NCBI GenBank assembly: GCA_963727525.1
Contig: CAVSGO010000007.1
Span: forward strand, 128,001-192,000
Direction of reading: 5' to 3'
Length of the DNA stretch: 64,000 nucleotides
Origin: an uncultured bacterium
GTDB taxonomy: Bacteria > Krumholzibacteriota > Krumholzibacteriia > LZORAL124-64-63
Part shown: piece after piece, positions 10,081-20,769 of the stretch
Layout: every line of letters starts with the position of its first letter
Position numbering within the stretch: the stretch's first letter is position 1
Position numbers and translations under genes: made by a program
The notes under the pieces: generated by a model
The model's input: only the letters and a program-made list of their open reading frames with translations
Database searches by the model: none
What the model was told of the DNA's origin: nothing

Positions 10081-12177
10081 ATGACTGAGCGGGACGACCT
10101 GGACCTCGAGCCTGAGCTCGACGACGCCTGGGACGACGATCTGGAAGACGATTTCCCGGCAGACAAGCGAGCGGACAAGTCCGAGCCGGCGGCGAGCGCG
10201 CCGGTGGAGCCGCCGACGAAGCCACGCCGACGCGCATCGCGACATGCGGGTGGCGGTCTTGGAGGATTGGCCGCAACGCTCGTCGTGCTGGGCGCCCTGC
10301 CGCTGGCCGCGGGGCTCTACTTCGCCTTGCAGGGATCGTACACGACGCTGCTGGACTTCGAGGGACTGACGAATCCGGCCAACTGGTCCGATCTGGCGGC
10401 GCATCCCGCCACCGCCTTCTGGCTCGGCGCCGCGGCGACGATGTTGCTCGCGATCCTGGCCGGCGTGGCGGTGGGCGTGCGCGCGCGCCGGGCGGCGAGG
10501 GCCGCGCGCGAGACGAGGGACGTGCTGCGCATCGTGGGTGCCCTCGATCTCGAGGACGCGAAGAGCTGGCAGGATCCGTGCCTTCAGGCTCATCCCGACC
10601 TGGCCGCGTTCAGCGAGAAAACGATGGGCGCCTTTCGACTGCAACAGGCCAAGCTGAGCCGCTACATCGGGCTCGAGGGCGAACTGCACCGGCTGGGCCG
10701 CGCGCTCTCGCAGGCGTCGAAGGCCGATCTCGAGGGCGAGTGGGACAGCCCCACTGTCGGCACGGTGGCCGACGAGGCGCTGCGTCTGCTCGTCGAAAGC
10801 GTACGGCTGCGTGACGAACTGGCGGCGAAGGAACGCGTCAGCGCCGACCAGGGACCGGAACTCGTCGAGGGCCTGCACGAGGCGCGGAGCTGGAACAGCG
10901 CAACGCTCGACCAGGTGAATCTGCAGGGCGCCACGCTCGAGCGCCTGGCCAAGAAGCTCGCAAAGGTGGCCGAGACCGACGCCAGAGCTACCGACGAGGT
11001 GCGCCACGCGTCGCGCCTGCGCCAGGTCCTCGCGGCGATCGGCCAGGAGCTGTCCGAAGTGCCGGCCCGCAGCGCCCGCGGCGCGCAGGCCGCATCGCCG
11101 GATCGCCTGACTCGCCTCGTCGACCGGGCGAGCAAGCTGGCATTCCAGATCGCCATGGAGGTCGCCCGTCTGGGGTCCAAGGGCGAGCGCCTGCTACCCA
11201 TGACGCAGGATCTCGAGGAACTGACGACGGAGTTGCGTGGCCTCGCCGGCGATGCGGGACTCGACAACGATGCGCCCGATCCCGCGGTGCGCGCCGTCGA
11301 GAACATCCGGGGACGCCTGGCCGAGGTTCCGCCGGAGGCGGCCACGCCCGCCGCGAGCGATGGTTCGCCAGCCCTGGCGGAGCTGGCTCCGTCAGCCCGC
11401 AGTGCGGCCGAGGCGCTCATGCAGGTGTCCCGCGGCTTCAACACGCAGACGGCGCGCCTCGAGGCCCTGGTCGATCTCGCGAGCAAGCTCACCGGGATCG
11501 ATGCCCCTGCCCCGACCACCGCGAATCCGAAGGGCGAGCCCGGCAACGGTCTGCTCGTCGATTGCTTCGATCCGTTCCGGGCGAAGTCGCAAAGCGAGCC
11601 CGGCGCCGTCGTCGCCGATCCGTTCGCGAGCGCGAATTCGATCTTCTCGCCGGAAGCTCCGAGCGGCGACTTCAGCCAGTCCACGATCCCGGACTTGGAC
11701 GAGAGCCCCTTCGCAGGCCCGCCTGTGGACCTGCCGTTCGTCGAGACCGAGATTCCTGCAACGCCAGTGGCGCCGACCCCGCCGGTATCCGCACCGGATC
11801 TGCTGCCCGCGCTCGACCTCACGTCGGTGCCGGAGCCGCCGTCCGTACTGGAACCGGCTCCCGATCCGACGGACGTGCTGGACCTCACGCCCGGATTGAA
11901 CCCTATACCCACGCCGAAACCGGTCAGCGACGAGCCGCCGCGGGTCCCCAGCGAGCTGATCGGATTCACCAGCGGTGCGAGCTACGATGAGATGGCGATC
12001 CCCACCGCTGCGCCGCCACCGCCGCGCGAGCCAGTGCCCGTGATGGATGTCCCGCCGGCCGACCACGTGTACGACCTCGCCGAGTTCGACGCCGTGGCCC
12101 TGGCTGCGCCCGAGGAGACGACCGAGGCCGAGCGGGTCTACGATCTCAGCGAGTTCGAGGCTGTACGGGTGCCGTGA
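10081..12177 (+). CDS. Membrane protein with degenerate methyl-accepting-chemotaxis-like coiled coil and Pro-rich tail
   Basis: Acidic N-terminus, two hydrophobic segments, long coiled coil containing ASKLAFQIAMEVARLGSKGERLLPMTQDLEEL; GGAG upstream of ATG. Confidence 0.7.
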   Translation: MTERDDLDLEPELDDAWDDDLEDDFPADKRADKSEPAASAPVEPPTKPRRRASRHAGGGLGGLAATLVVLGALPLAAGLYFALQGSYTTLLDFEGLTNPANWSDLAAHPATAFWLGAAATMLLAILAGVAVGVRARRAARAARETRDVLRIVGALDLEDAKSWQDPCLQAHPDLAAFSEKTMGAFRLQQAKLSRYIGLEGELHRLGRALSQASKADLEGEWDSPTVGTVADEALRLLVESVRLRDELAAKERVSADQGPELVEGLHEARSWNSATLDQVNLQGATLERLAKKLAKVAETDARATDEVRHASRLRQVLAAIGQELSEVPARSARGAQAASPDRLTRLVDRASKLAFQIAMEVARLGSKGERLLPMTQDLEELTTELRGLAGDAGLDNDAPDPAVRAVENIRGRLAEVPPEAATPAASDGSPALAELAPSARSAAEALMQVSRGFNTQTARLEALVDLASKLTGIDAPAPTTANPKGEPGNGLLVDCFDPFRAKSQSEPGAVVADPFASANSIFSPEAPSGDFSQSTIPDLDESPFAGPPVDLPFVETEIPATPVAPTPPVSAPDLLPALDLTSVPEPPSVLEPAPDPTDVLDLTPGLNPIPTPKPVSDEPPRVPSELIGFTSGASYDEMAIPTAAPPPPREPVPVMDVPPADHVYDLAEFDAVALAAPEETTEAERVYDLSEFEAVRVP

Positions 12178-12210
12178 CAGGCGGGCCTGCTTGGACGACG
12201 ACGGTACAGG

Positions 12211-12243
12211 TGATGGCGGTGCTGCGAAGGCGGTGCCGCCATC
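12211..12243 (+). terminator. Hairpin after the MCP-like gene
   Basis: GATGGCGGTGCTGC-GAAG-GCGGTGCCGCCATC (14 bp with G-U pairs); no U-tract. Confidence 0.4.
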
Positions 12244-12398
12244 GTCGTGTCGAGGAGGCTCGCGGCGCCTTGCGGTTTGCAATCACCGGTGCGCACACGC
12301 GGTATCCTGCACCGCCGCAAAATGGCCCGTCGTATCTCGCTGTCCCGGAACCTCCATGGAAATGCCCAGTTGGGCGCTCGTTCACGAGTTTCGCGGCG

Positions 12399-12414
12399 GG
12401 GCATGGGAGTTGCA
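12399..12414 (+). promoter_or_regulatory. Candidate sigma54 (-24/-12) promoter
   Basis: GGGCATGGGAGTTGCA has GG-N10-GC spacing and TTGCA, ~70 nt upstream of the HTH gene. Confidence 0.5.
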
Positions 12415-12481
12415 ACTGCGCGGGGTATTCGCAGTTGTGGCACCGCGCTGCCTGGCACCTGAGGGAGAGGAGACCACTCCC

Positions 12482-12700
12482 ATGTTCGAGTCCAAGGACC
12501 AGACCACCATCATCATTGGTGGTGACGAGTCCAATCACCAGGTCATGACCTCCGTCGAAGCGGCGGAGTACCTGAAGATGCATGTCAAGACCGTCTGCCG
12601 GCTGGCGAAGGAAGGGAAGATCCCTGCCAAGAAGGTCGGCAGCGAATGGCGTTTCCTACGTTCGGTTCTCGACGCCTGGTTGACCCAGACCGTCAGTTGA
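12482..12700 (+). CDS. Excisionase-like (HTH_17/MerR-like) DNA-binding protein
   Basis: VMTSVEAAEYLKMHVKTVCRLAKEGKIPAKKVGSEWRF; GGAGAGGAG RBS. Confidence 0.9.
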   Translation: MFESKDQTTIIIGGDESNHQVMTSVEAAEYLKMHVKTVCRLAKEGKIPAKKVGSEWRFLRSVLDAWLTQTVS

Positions 12701-12754
12701 TGCCCAGCGGCGGTCCGGGTCGGTCCCGGACCGCCTGCCGGAAGGACGAAGTCC

Positions 12755-14854
12755 GTGCCCACCATCTTCGAGTCTCTGAAGCTCACCGATACCGGGTGCT
12801 TCGGTCTGCGCATCGCCGGCAGCGTCGGCCGCCACGATCGGGAGCGGCTGGAACTTCTCGGCGAGAAGTGTCTCGCGCGCGGTCGTCACCGGCTCGTGCT
12901 CGATTTCTCGGACCTCGATGCGCTGGGGGGCAGTGCGGCGGGGACGCTGGCCAAGCTTCAGCGGCGATTCATGGAGGCGGGCGGCAAGATCGTCTTCGTG
13001 GGCGCCAGCGCGGGGGCGCGCCGGTTCCTCAGCGCCAAGTTCGAGGACCTGCCGCTGGATTGCTACGACTCGCTGGATGAGGCCATGCAGCATCTTAGCG
13101 ACCCGGGGGCCGGGCCGATGTCCTCGTCATCCCCCGAGATGTCGGCCGCCCCGGTGTCGCCTGGTCGCGAAACGGGCGCGCGCGCTCGTGGTCGCGGCGA
13201 AGGCTCCGGGGACGGCACCCTGGACAACCTGCTCGAGGAATTCGACTCGGAGGCCGCCGGTTCCCCGGAGGAGACCCGGCGCACGGCCGACCTCGTGACG
13301 GCGGCCTATCTGCCGCTCGACGACGCGGTGGCGGCTCTGGCCTCGCTGGACAATCCCGCCGCGTTCGGCGAAGCGCTCACCAATCTCTTGCTCAGTCACG
13401 ATCTCGCGTCGCAGTCGCTCTACCTCAGCCTGCACGGAGAACACTTCGTCGCCGTCGACGGCAGTTGCAAGCTGCCCGTCGGGGGCGCCGTCGCGGCAGC
13501 GCTCATGTACGCCCAGCGACCGCTCACGCTCCTCGACATCGAGGAGAATGCGCTGTGGGACGAGGAAACTGAGCTCATCGACGAGCTGCAACCGGATCTG
13601 CTGCTCCCCATCAAGTGGAAGGGTACGTTGCACGGGCTCGCGTTGCTGAAACACATGGGCGAGGATCGCGACTATGCGCTGGCCGAGGTCTTCGCGCTCG
13701 AGATCCTGCTGCGGCTCCTGGCCGTGGGACGCGGCGATACCGCGGCGGCGCGTCCCGCGCCGTCGCCGAGGGCCTACGAGGACGAGACCCGCGTCGACGA
13801 GCCGGATCCGCTCCAGCAGCTCCGCTTCGGCCTGGCGCGCGATCTCGCCGATGCGCAGGACGAGCCGCACTTCTGGCAGATCTTCCACGGACGGCTGCAC
13901 GAGGTGGCCGAGATCCATAGCCTGGTCTGCCTGGATCTCGAACAGACGAAGTCCGAACCGTTCCTCGCGGGGGCGGCCCGAGCTGGGATGGCCGGGATCG
14001 ACCTGCAGAGCGAGCGCGTCCTCGCCTTCTTCCGGACGCTGGAACGTCCGGTTGAGATTCCCAACATGCCGCATTCCTTCGCCACCGTGCGCGATGGCCT
14101 GGCAGAGCTGGAGTTGCAGTGGGTGATGGGCATGAATGTCGATCGGCGCTGCCTCGGCGCGGTCATGGTGGGACTGACGTGGCGCAATCCCGTGATCGAT
14201 CCCCTCGAGCAGCTTCACGGCGTCATGGACGTTGCCACGGAGGCCCTCGTGCGACTGCGGGACGCGCAGCTGCGGGCCAACCTGAATCTCGGTCTGGTCG
14301 AGCTACTCGTCGGCCGGGGCGAGGCACTCTCCGTCGGCGACGGCCATCTCACCGAGATCGTCGCCGCAAATATCCGCACCCTGGCCCGTGAGATGGGACT
14401 ACCGCCGGACCAGGAGCGCGACCTCGTGCTCGGGGCGTTGCTGCGCAACATCGGGCAGTCGGAGGCCCCGGTCGTGGACGATCGCGAGGCGGAAACTCTC
14501 GAGGGAGATGCCTGGGAGGCGTATCGCCATCATCCCGAGGCGGGGGCCAACATCCTGCAGTCGCTACGGGCGCCGGCCACGATCCGCGACGCGGTGCTGC
14601 ATCATCACGAACGGTACGACGGCCGCGGCTTCCCTCATGGGCTGAAGGGGCGAGACATCCCCCTGGCGGCCCGCATGGTGGCGGTGGTGCAGGCTTACGC
14701 CATGCGCTACTCAGGCAGCGCGGCGCGCGAGCAAGCCCTGATGGCCCTGTCGCACGAGGCCGGCAAGGCCCTGGATCCGGATCTCGTCGATCTCTTCGCC
14801 CGGGCGGTGCACCGCGATCCGTCAGTGCGGGAGCCCGAACCGGCCATGGCCTGA
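12755..14854 (+). CDS. STAS domain + GAF-like region + degenerate HD-GYP domain protein
   Basis: N-terminal LVLDFSDLDALG (STAS); C-terminal HHHERYDGRGFPHGLKGRDIPLAAR; HD replaced by RN (LLRNIG). Confidence 0.8.
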   Translation: MPTIFESLKLTDTGCFGLRIAGSVGRHDRERLELLGEKCLARGRHRLVLDFSDLDALGGSAAGTLAKLQRRFMEAGGKIVFVGASAGARRFLSAKFEDLPLDCYDSLDEAMQHLSDPGAGPMSSSSPEMSAAPVSPGRETGARARGRGEGSGDGTLDNLLEEFDSEAAGSPEETRRTADLVTAAYLPLDDAVAALASLDNPAAFGEALTNLLLSHDLASQSLYLSLHGEHFVAVDGSCKLPVGGAVAAALMYAQRPLTLLDIEENALWDEETELIDELQPDLLLPIKWKGTLHGLALLKHMGEDRDYALAEVFALEILLRLLAVGRGDTAAARPAPSPRAYEDETRVDEPDPLQQLRFGLARDLADAQDEPHFWQIFHGRLHEVAEIHSLVCLDLEQTKSEPFLAGAARAGMAGIDLQSERVLAFFRTLERPVEIPNMPHSFATVRDGLAELELQWVMGMNVDRRCLGAVMVGLTWRNPVIDPLEQLHGVMDVATEALVRLRDAQLRANLNLGLVELLVGRGEALSVGDGHLTEIVAANIRTLAREMGLPPDQERDLVLGALLRNIGQSEAPVVDDREAETLEGDAWEAYRHHPEAGANILQSLRAPATIRDAVLHHHERYDGRGFPHGLKGRDIPLAARMVAVVQAYAMRYSGSAAREQALMALSHEAGKALDPDLVDLFARAVHRDPSVREPEPAMA

Positions 14855-15192
14855 CGGCGGTGTCCGGTGTCCGCGCAGCGTTCGCTCCGGGTCCACGTTC
14901 CTAAGCGTCCTGCTCCATTGCACTTCAGTGGTTGCCAGCGGCTCACCGTGTCGTTGTGGCGTATGGCGAACGCCCGGCGAGACACCCGTCCCTGAACCCG
15001 TCTCATCCCGCAAGCTCATGACTTGTTGCGTGTTATATCCGGGGAGGCGACAGCCTCGCCGCGGCTGCAATCTTGCAACCATGAGCACGGCATGAGTTCG
15101 GGGATGGGAGGACCCGGGCTCATGCCGGGCAGGGCTGCCGGGTTGGCATGGCGCCACGTCCGCCCGGCGGCCCTCCCTCTCGCCGGCCGCGC

Positions 15193-15984
15193 TCAGCTCG
15201 CGGCCGTCTCGGTCTTTTCCGGCTTGCGACCCTTGGTGAACACGATGCGATTGATTTCGGCGGTGAGGTCATCGATGGTCAGTCCGCGCTTGATGTGACC
15301 CATGTAGGCCAGGGAGATGGCGCGCGTCTCTTCGCTGACGACGATGATGATGGCGTCGCTCACCTCGCTCAGCCCGATGGCCGCCCGGTGTCGTGTGCCG
15401 AGCACGTAGCCGAGCTGCTCGCGCTCCGTGATGGGCAGGATGCAACTGGCGGCGATGAGCTGTCCCTGTCCTATGATCACGGCACCATCGTGCAGGGGGC
15501 CCGGTACCGTGAAGATGGCCTCCAGGGTCGGGGCGCTGATCTCGGCGTGGAGCATCGTGCCGGTCTTGATCCAGCGGCCGAGCCGCACCTCGCGTTCGAT
15601 CACGATCAACGCGCCCAGGCCGCGCTTGCTGAGGCGTTCGACGGCTTGCAGGATCTCCTTCTCGGCCGGAATCTCCTCGTCGGTGCGCAGCATGCGGATG
15701 CCGCGACGCATGCCCAGGTCGGCCAGCGCGGCGCGCAGCTCGGGCTGGAAGAGGATGATGAAGGCCACGACCCAGATGGTCTGCAGCGAATGGATGATGC
15801 GACCGACGACGATCATCCCCAGGGCATTGGAGAGGAAGCTGAGGAGTAGGAGCAGCGCGAGTCCCACGAACATCTGCAGCGCCCGCGTGTCGCGGACGAA
15901 GCGCAGCAGGCGGTAGAGCAGGAACGCCACGATGAGGATGTCCAGGACATCGATGATCGGGCTCTGGATCAGACGCTCCCACAT
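15193..15984 (-). CDS. cdaA: Diadenylate cyclase CdaA
   Basis: Three N-terminal TM segments, FQPELR, PLHDGA and GTRHRAA motifs. Confidence 0.93.
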   Translation of the reverse strand: MWERLIQSPIIDVLDILIVAFLLYRLLRFVRDTRALQMFVGLALLLLLSFLSNALGMIVVGRIIHSLQTIWVVAFIILFQPELRAALADLGMRRGIRMLRTDEEIPAEKEILQAVERLSKRGLGALIVIEREVRLGRWIKTGTMLHAEISAPTLEAIFTVPGPLHDGAVIIGQGQLIAASCILPITEREQLGYVLGTRHRAAIGLSEVSDAIIIVVSEETRAISLAYMGHIKRGLTIDDLTAEINRIVFTKGRKPEKTETAAS

Positions 15985-16075
15985 GGACGGGCATCCCGGG
16001 GCTAAGAGATCAGGGTCACGTGAGCATCACATCCGGTCGACTTCGGACGGACGCGCGAGCCGACACCGCACCATA

Positions 16076-16974
16076 TCACGCGCCGCCGGCGTGCTCAACG
16101 TCCGCCTGCTGGCCGTTCCGGGCGGCGTCGATCGCGGCCAGGGTCTCGAGGAACTGCACCGACGGCGCCACATCGTGCACGCGGACCACGCAGGCCCCCG
16201 CCGCGAGAGCGGCCGCGAGGGCGGCGAGGCTACCGCCAAGGCGGTCGGCGACCGCCGCTCCCGTGATGTGAGCGATGAAGCTCTTGCGGCTGGCGCCGAC
16301 CAGCAAGCCGTGGCCACCGGCCACGCGCCGGAGGTTCGCCAGCAGCGCGAGATTGTGCTCGAGATGCTTGCCGAAGCCGAGGCCGGGGTCGACGAGCAGG
16401 CGCGCGGGCGCGATCCCGGCAGCCGTCGCCGCGCCGACCCGACCGGCCAGGTAGGCGCCCACCTCGGCCACGATGTCGTCGTAGTGCGGATCCGCCTGCA
16501 TCGTGCGGGGGGTACCCTGCATGTGCATGAGTACGGCGCCGCAGCCCGTCCTGGCCACGAGGGGGAGCAGATCGGGATCGCCCCGGCCCGCCGTGATGTC
16601 GTTGATCACGTCGGCGCCGGCGTCGAGGGCGGCCTCGGCCGTCGCGGCGCGGTTCGTGTCCACGCTCAGGGGCGCGTCGGTCTGACGGCGCAGCTCGGTC
16701 AGCACGGGGAGGAGCCGACGCTGCTCCTCGTCCGCGGGCACCGGCGAGCTGCCCGGCCGGGTCGATTCGGCACCGAGGTCCACGATATCGGCCCCGGCGT
16801 CGAGCATGGTCAGGGCCGCCGAGACCGCGGTTTCGACACTGGTCAGTCGCGATGCGGGGTAGAAGCTGTCGGGCGTGAGGTTGACGATGCCCATGACCAG
16901 CGGGCGGCGGATGGGTCGCAGCACGCGCCGGCCGATGTCCCAGGCCGGCGTGTGCGGCGTGCGGTCCGACAAGG

Positions 16975-16978
<4 letters not shown>
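16076..16978 (-). CDS. folP: Dihydropteroate synthase
   Basis: MGIVNLTPDSF, GAESTRPG, DPGLGFGK, SRKSFI, RVHDV. Confidence 0.95.
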
Positions 16979-19056
<2,078 letters not shown>

Positions 19057-19071
19057 ACGAAGGGCGGTCGG

Positions 19072-20472
19072 TCACCGGTGCTGTGCGCCCGCCGACGCCG
19101 ACCGCCTCTGCAGCAGAATGGTAACGACCTGATCAGTCGTCGGCAATACGCGGGTCCGTTCGGACTGCGCGAGGCCGACGAGCCAGAGAATGCCGGCGTC
19201 GTCCCGGACAGTGAGCCAGGAGGGACGCAGCGCGACCGGGATCTGTTTCTCCTGAAAAAGATCGCTCAGCTTTTTGCGACCGCCAAGCCCGAAGAGCGCG
19301 ATCGTGTCTCCGGGTTGCCAGTTTGCCACACGCAGGGATCCCCGCAATGCGCTCGCGGGGCAGGCGAGGCGACCCCCATCGGGACCGATCTCGGGCCCGG
19401 GCGGCCTGCCGGCGCTCGCGAGCACCGGTGCGATGCGGACGCGGAAATCGCTCGCCTCGCCGCGCGGCACGTTTCCGGCCGCCGCTTCGGTTCCCCCCGG
19501 GACGAGCCGGTCGAACTCGCGCACGACCCGGATTCCTCCGGGCAGGTCGAGGCCCTGTCCCGATCGCCCCTCGCGCAGCCAGTGCCGCAATACCTCGACG
19601 TGGTTGGCCTCGAGGTCCGTCGCCAATCCGCACGAGCGGTCGAGCCATCGGCGCAGCACGCGCCGCTGCAGGGCGAGGGGCTGAGCCAGCAGGGACCTCA
19701 CGCCGAGGGCGCCGCCGCCCGCGTCGCAGTCGGCGAGGGCTGTGTCCGTGAGTTCGTCGAGCAGGGCGAGGTCGGCGGTAGCCAGGTCCGCCAGGCGCGC
19801 GGGCGCGGCTGCGGCACCTTGGCCGAAGATGTCGCGCACCAGGGGCAGCAGTTCGCGTCGCAGGCGGTTGCGCGTGGCCTCGTCGGCTCCGTTGGTCGCA
19901 TCCTCGCGCCAGGGCTGCACGGCATCCGCCAGGAACGCCACGATGGTCGCGCGGTCCTCCGCGAGCAGCGGGTGGATCACGGTCCCGGCCACGGGTCGCA
20001 GTCCGGCGAGACCGTCGAGGCCACAGCCCCGCCACAGGCGCAGGAGCACCGTCTCGATCTGGTCGTCGCGATGATGCCCGGTGGCGACAGCCACCAGGTC
20101 CGGATCGGCCGCGAGCACCTCGGCGAAGAATGTGTGCCGCAGCGTTCTTCCCGCTTCCTCGAGCCCGCGACCGCGCGTACGCGCCAGGGGACGGGGGTCA
20201 GCCCTGCGGAGGTGCAGGGGCACGGCCAGGCGCGCGCAGAGGTCGCGGCAGAACGCGGCGTCGGTGTCGGCGTCCGGTCCACGGAGCTGGTGGTTGAGAT
20301 GAGCCGCCGCCACCGGACGGCCTGTCGCGTCCCGCCAAGCGCACGCGGAGAGCAGGAGGGCTACCGAGTCGGATCCGCCCGACAGGGCCACGAGCACGCC
20401 GCCGCCGCCGAGGCTGTCCGTGAGGCGCGTCAGCTCGGAAACCGTGCGTTCGAGGAACGGATGGCGGGTCAC
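19072..20472 (-). CDS. tilS: tRNA(Ile)-lysidine synthetase
   Basis: SGGSDS PP-loop, HLNHQLR, GHHRDDQIET, RNRLR; tilS-ftsH synteny. Confidence 0.95.
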   Translation of the reverse strand: MTRHPFLERTVSELTRLTDSLGGGGVLVALSGGSDSVALLLSACAWRDATGRPVAAAHLNHQLRGPDADTDAAFCRDLCARLAVPLHLRRADPRPLARTRGRGLEEAGRTLRHTFFAEVLAADPDLVAVATGHHRDDQIETVLLRLWRGCGLDGLAGLRPVAGTVIHPLLAEDRATIVAFLADAVQPWREDATNGADEATRNRLRRELLPLVRDIFGQGAAAAPARLADLATADLALLDELTDTALADCDAGGGALGVRSLLAQPLALQRRVLRRWLDRSCGLATDLEANHVEVLRHWLREGRSGQGLDLPGGIRVVREFDRLVPGGTEAAAGNVPRGEASDFRVRIAPVLASAGRPPGPEIGPDGGRLACPASALRGSLRVANWQPGDTIALFGLGGRKKLSDLFQEKQIPVALRPSWLTVRDDAGILWLVGLAQSERTRVLPTTDQVVTILLQRRSASAGAQHR

Positions 20473-20507
20473 GCGGTCTCCCGTCGATCGTCGCCCAGGC
20501 CCGTACG

Positions 20508-20539
20508 AAAAAAACGAGCCGAGTCCGGCGGGCTCGGCT
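20508..20539 (-). terminator. Rho-independent terminator after the tRNA
   Basis: Minus strand AGCCGAGCCCGCCGGACTCGGCT followed by CGTTTTTTT. Confidence 0.75.
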
Positions 20540-20552
20540 GCGAAGCGAAGGG

Positions 20553-20629
20553 TGGTGCCGCCTCAGGGATTCGAACCCCGGACACGCGGATTATGATTCC
20601 GCTGCTCTAACCGACTGAGCTAAGGCGGC
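20553..20629 (-). tRNA. tRNA with CAT anticodon (elongator Met or Ile2)
   Basis: GCCGCCT/AGGCGGC acceptor stem, GCGGA-ATCATAA-TCCGC anticodon arm, TTCGAAT, 3' ACCA. Confidence 0.95.
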
Positions 20630-20681
20630 ACCTCGGGCGGGCACGGGCACGAGCCCGCCGCCGCAAATGCGGCGAGGACAG

Positions 20682-20710
20682 AAGTTAGCCGGGCGTCCAT
20701 ACCTTGTCAA
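20682..20710 (-). promoter_or_regulatory. Sigma70-type promoter for the tRNA
   Basis: TTGACA-17nt-TAACTT on the minus strand. Confidence 0.65.
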
Positions 20711-20769
20711 GCCGGCCCGGGAGGCCTATTGTCGCCAGCGAAACGGACGTCGCCTACCGGAGGATTCCC

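Noticed and set aside
12437..12452. TGGCACCGCGCTGCC as a second sigma54 site
   Set aside because: GG-to-GC spacing is 9 nt rather than the required 10
12482..12700. Prophage or ICE implied by the excisionase-like gene (and by the holin-like domain at 49227)
   Set aside because: No integrase, structural genes or att repeats; both domains commonly occur in chromosomal proteins
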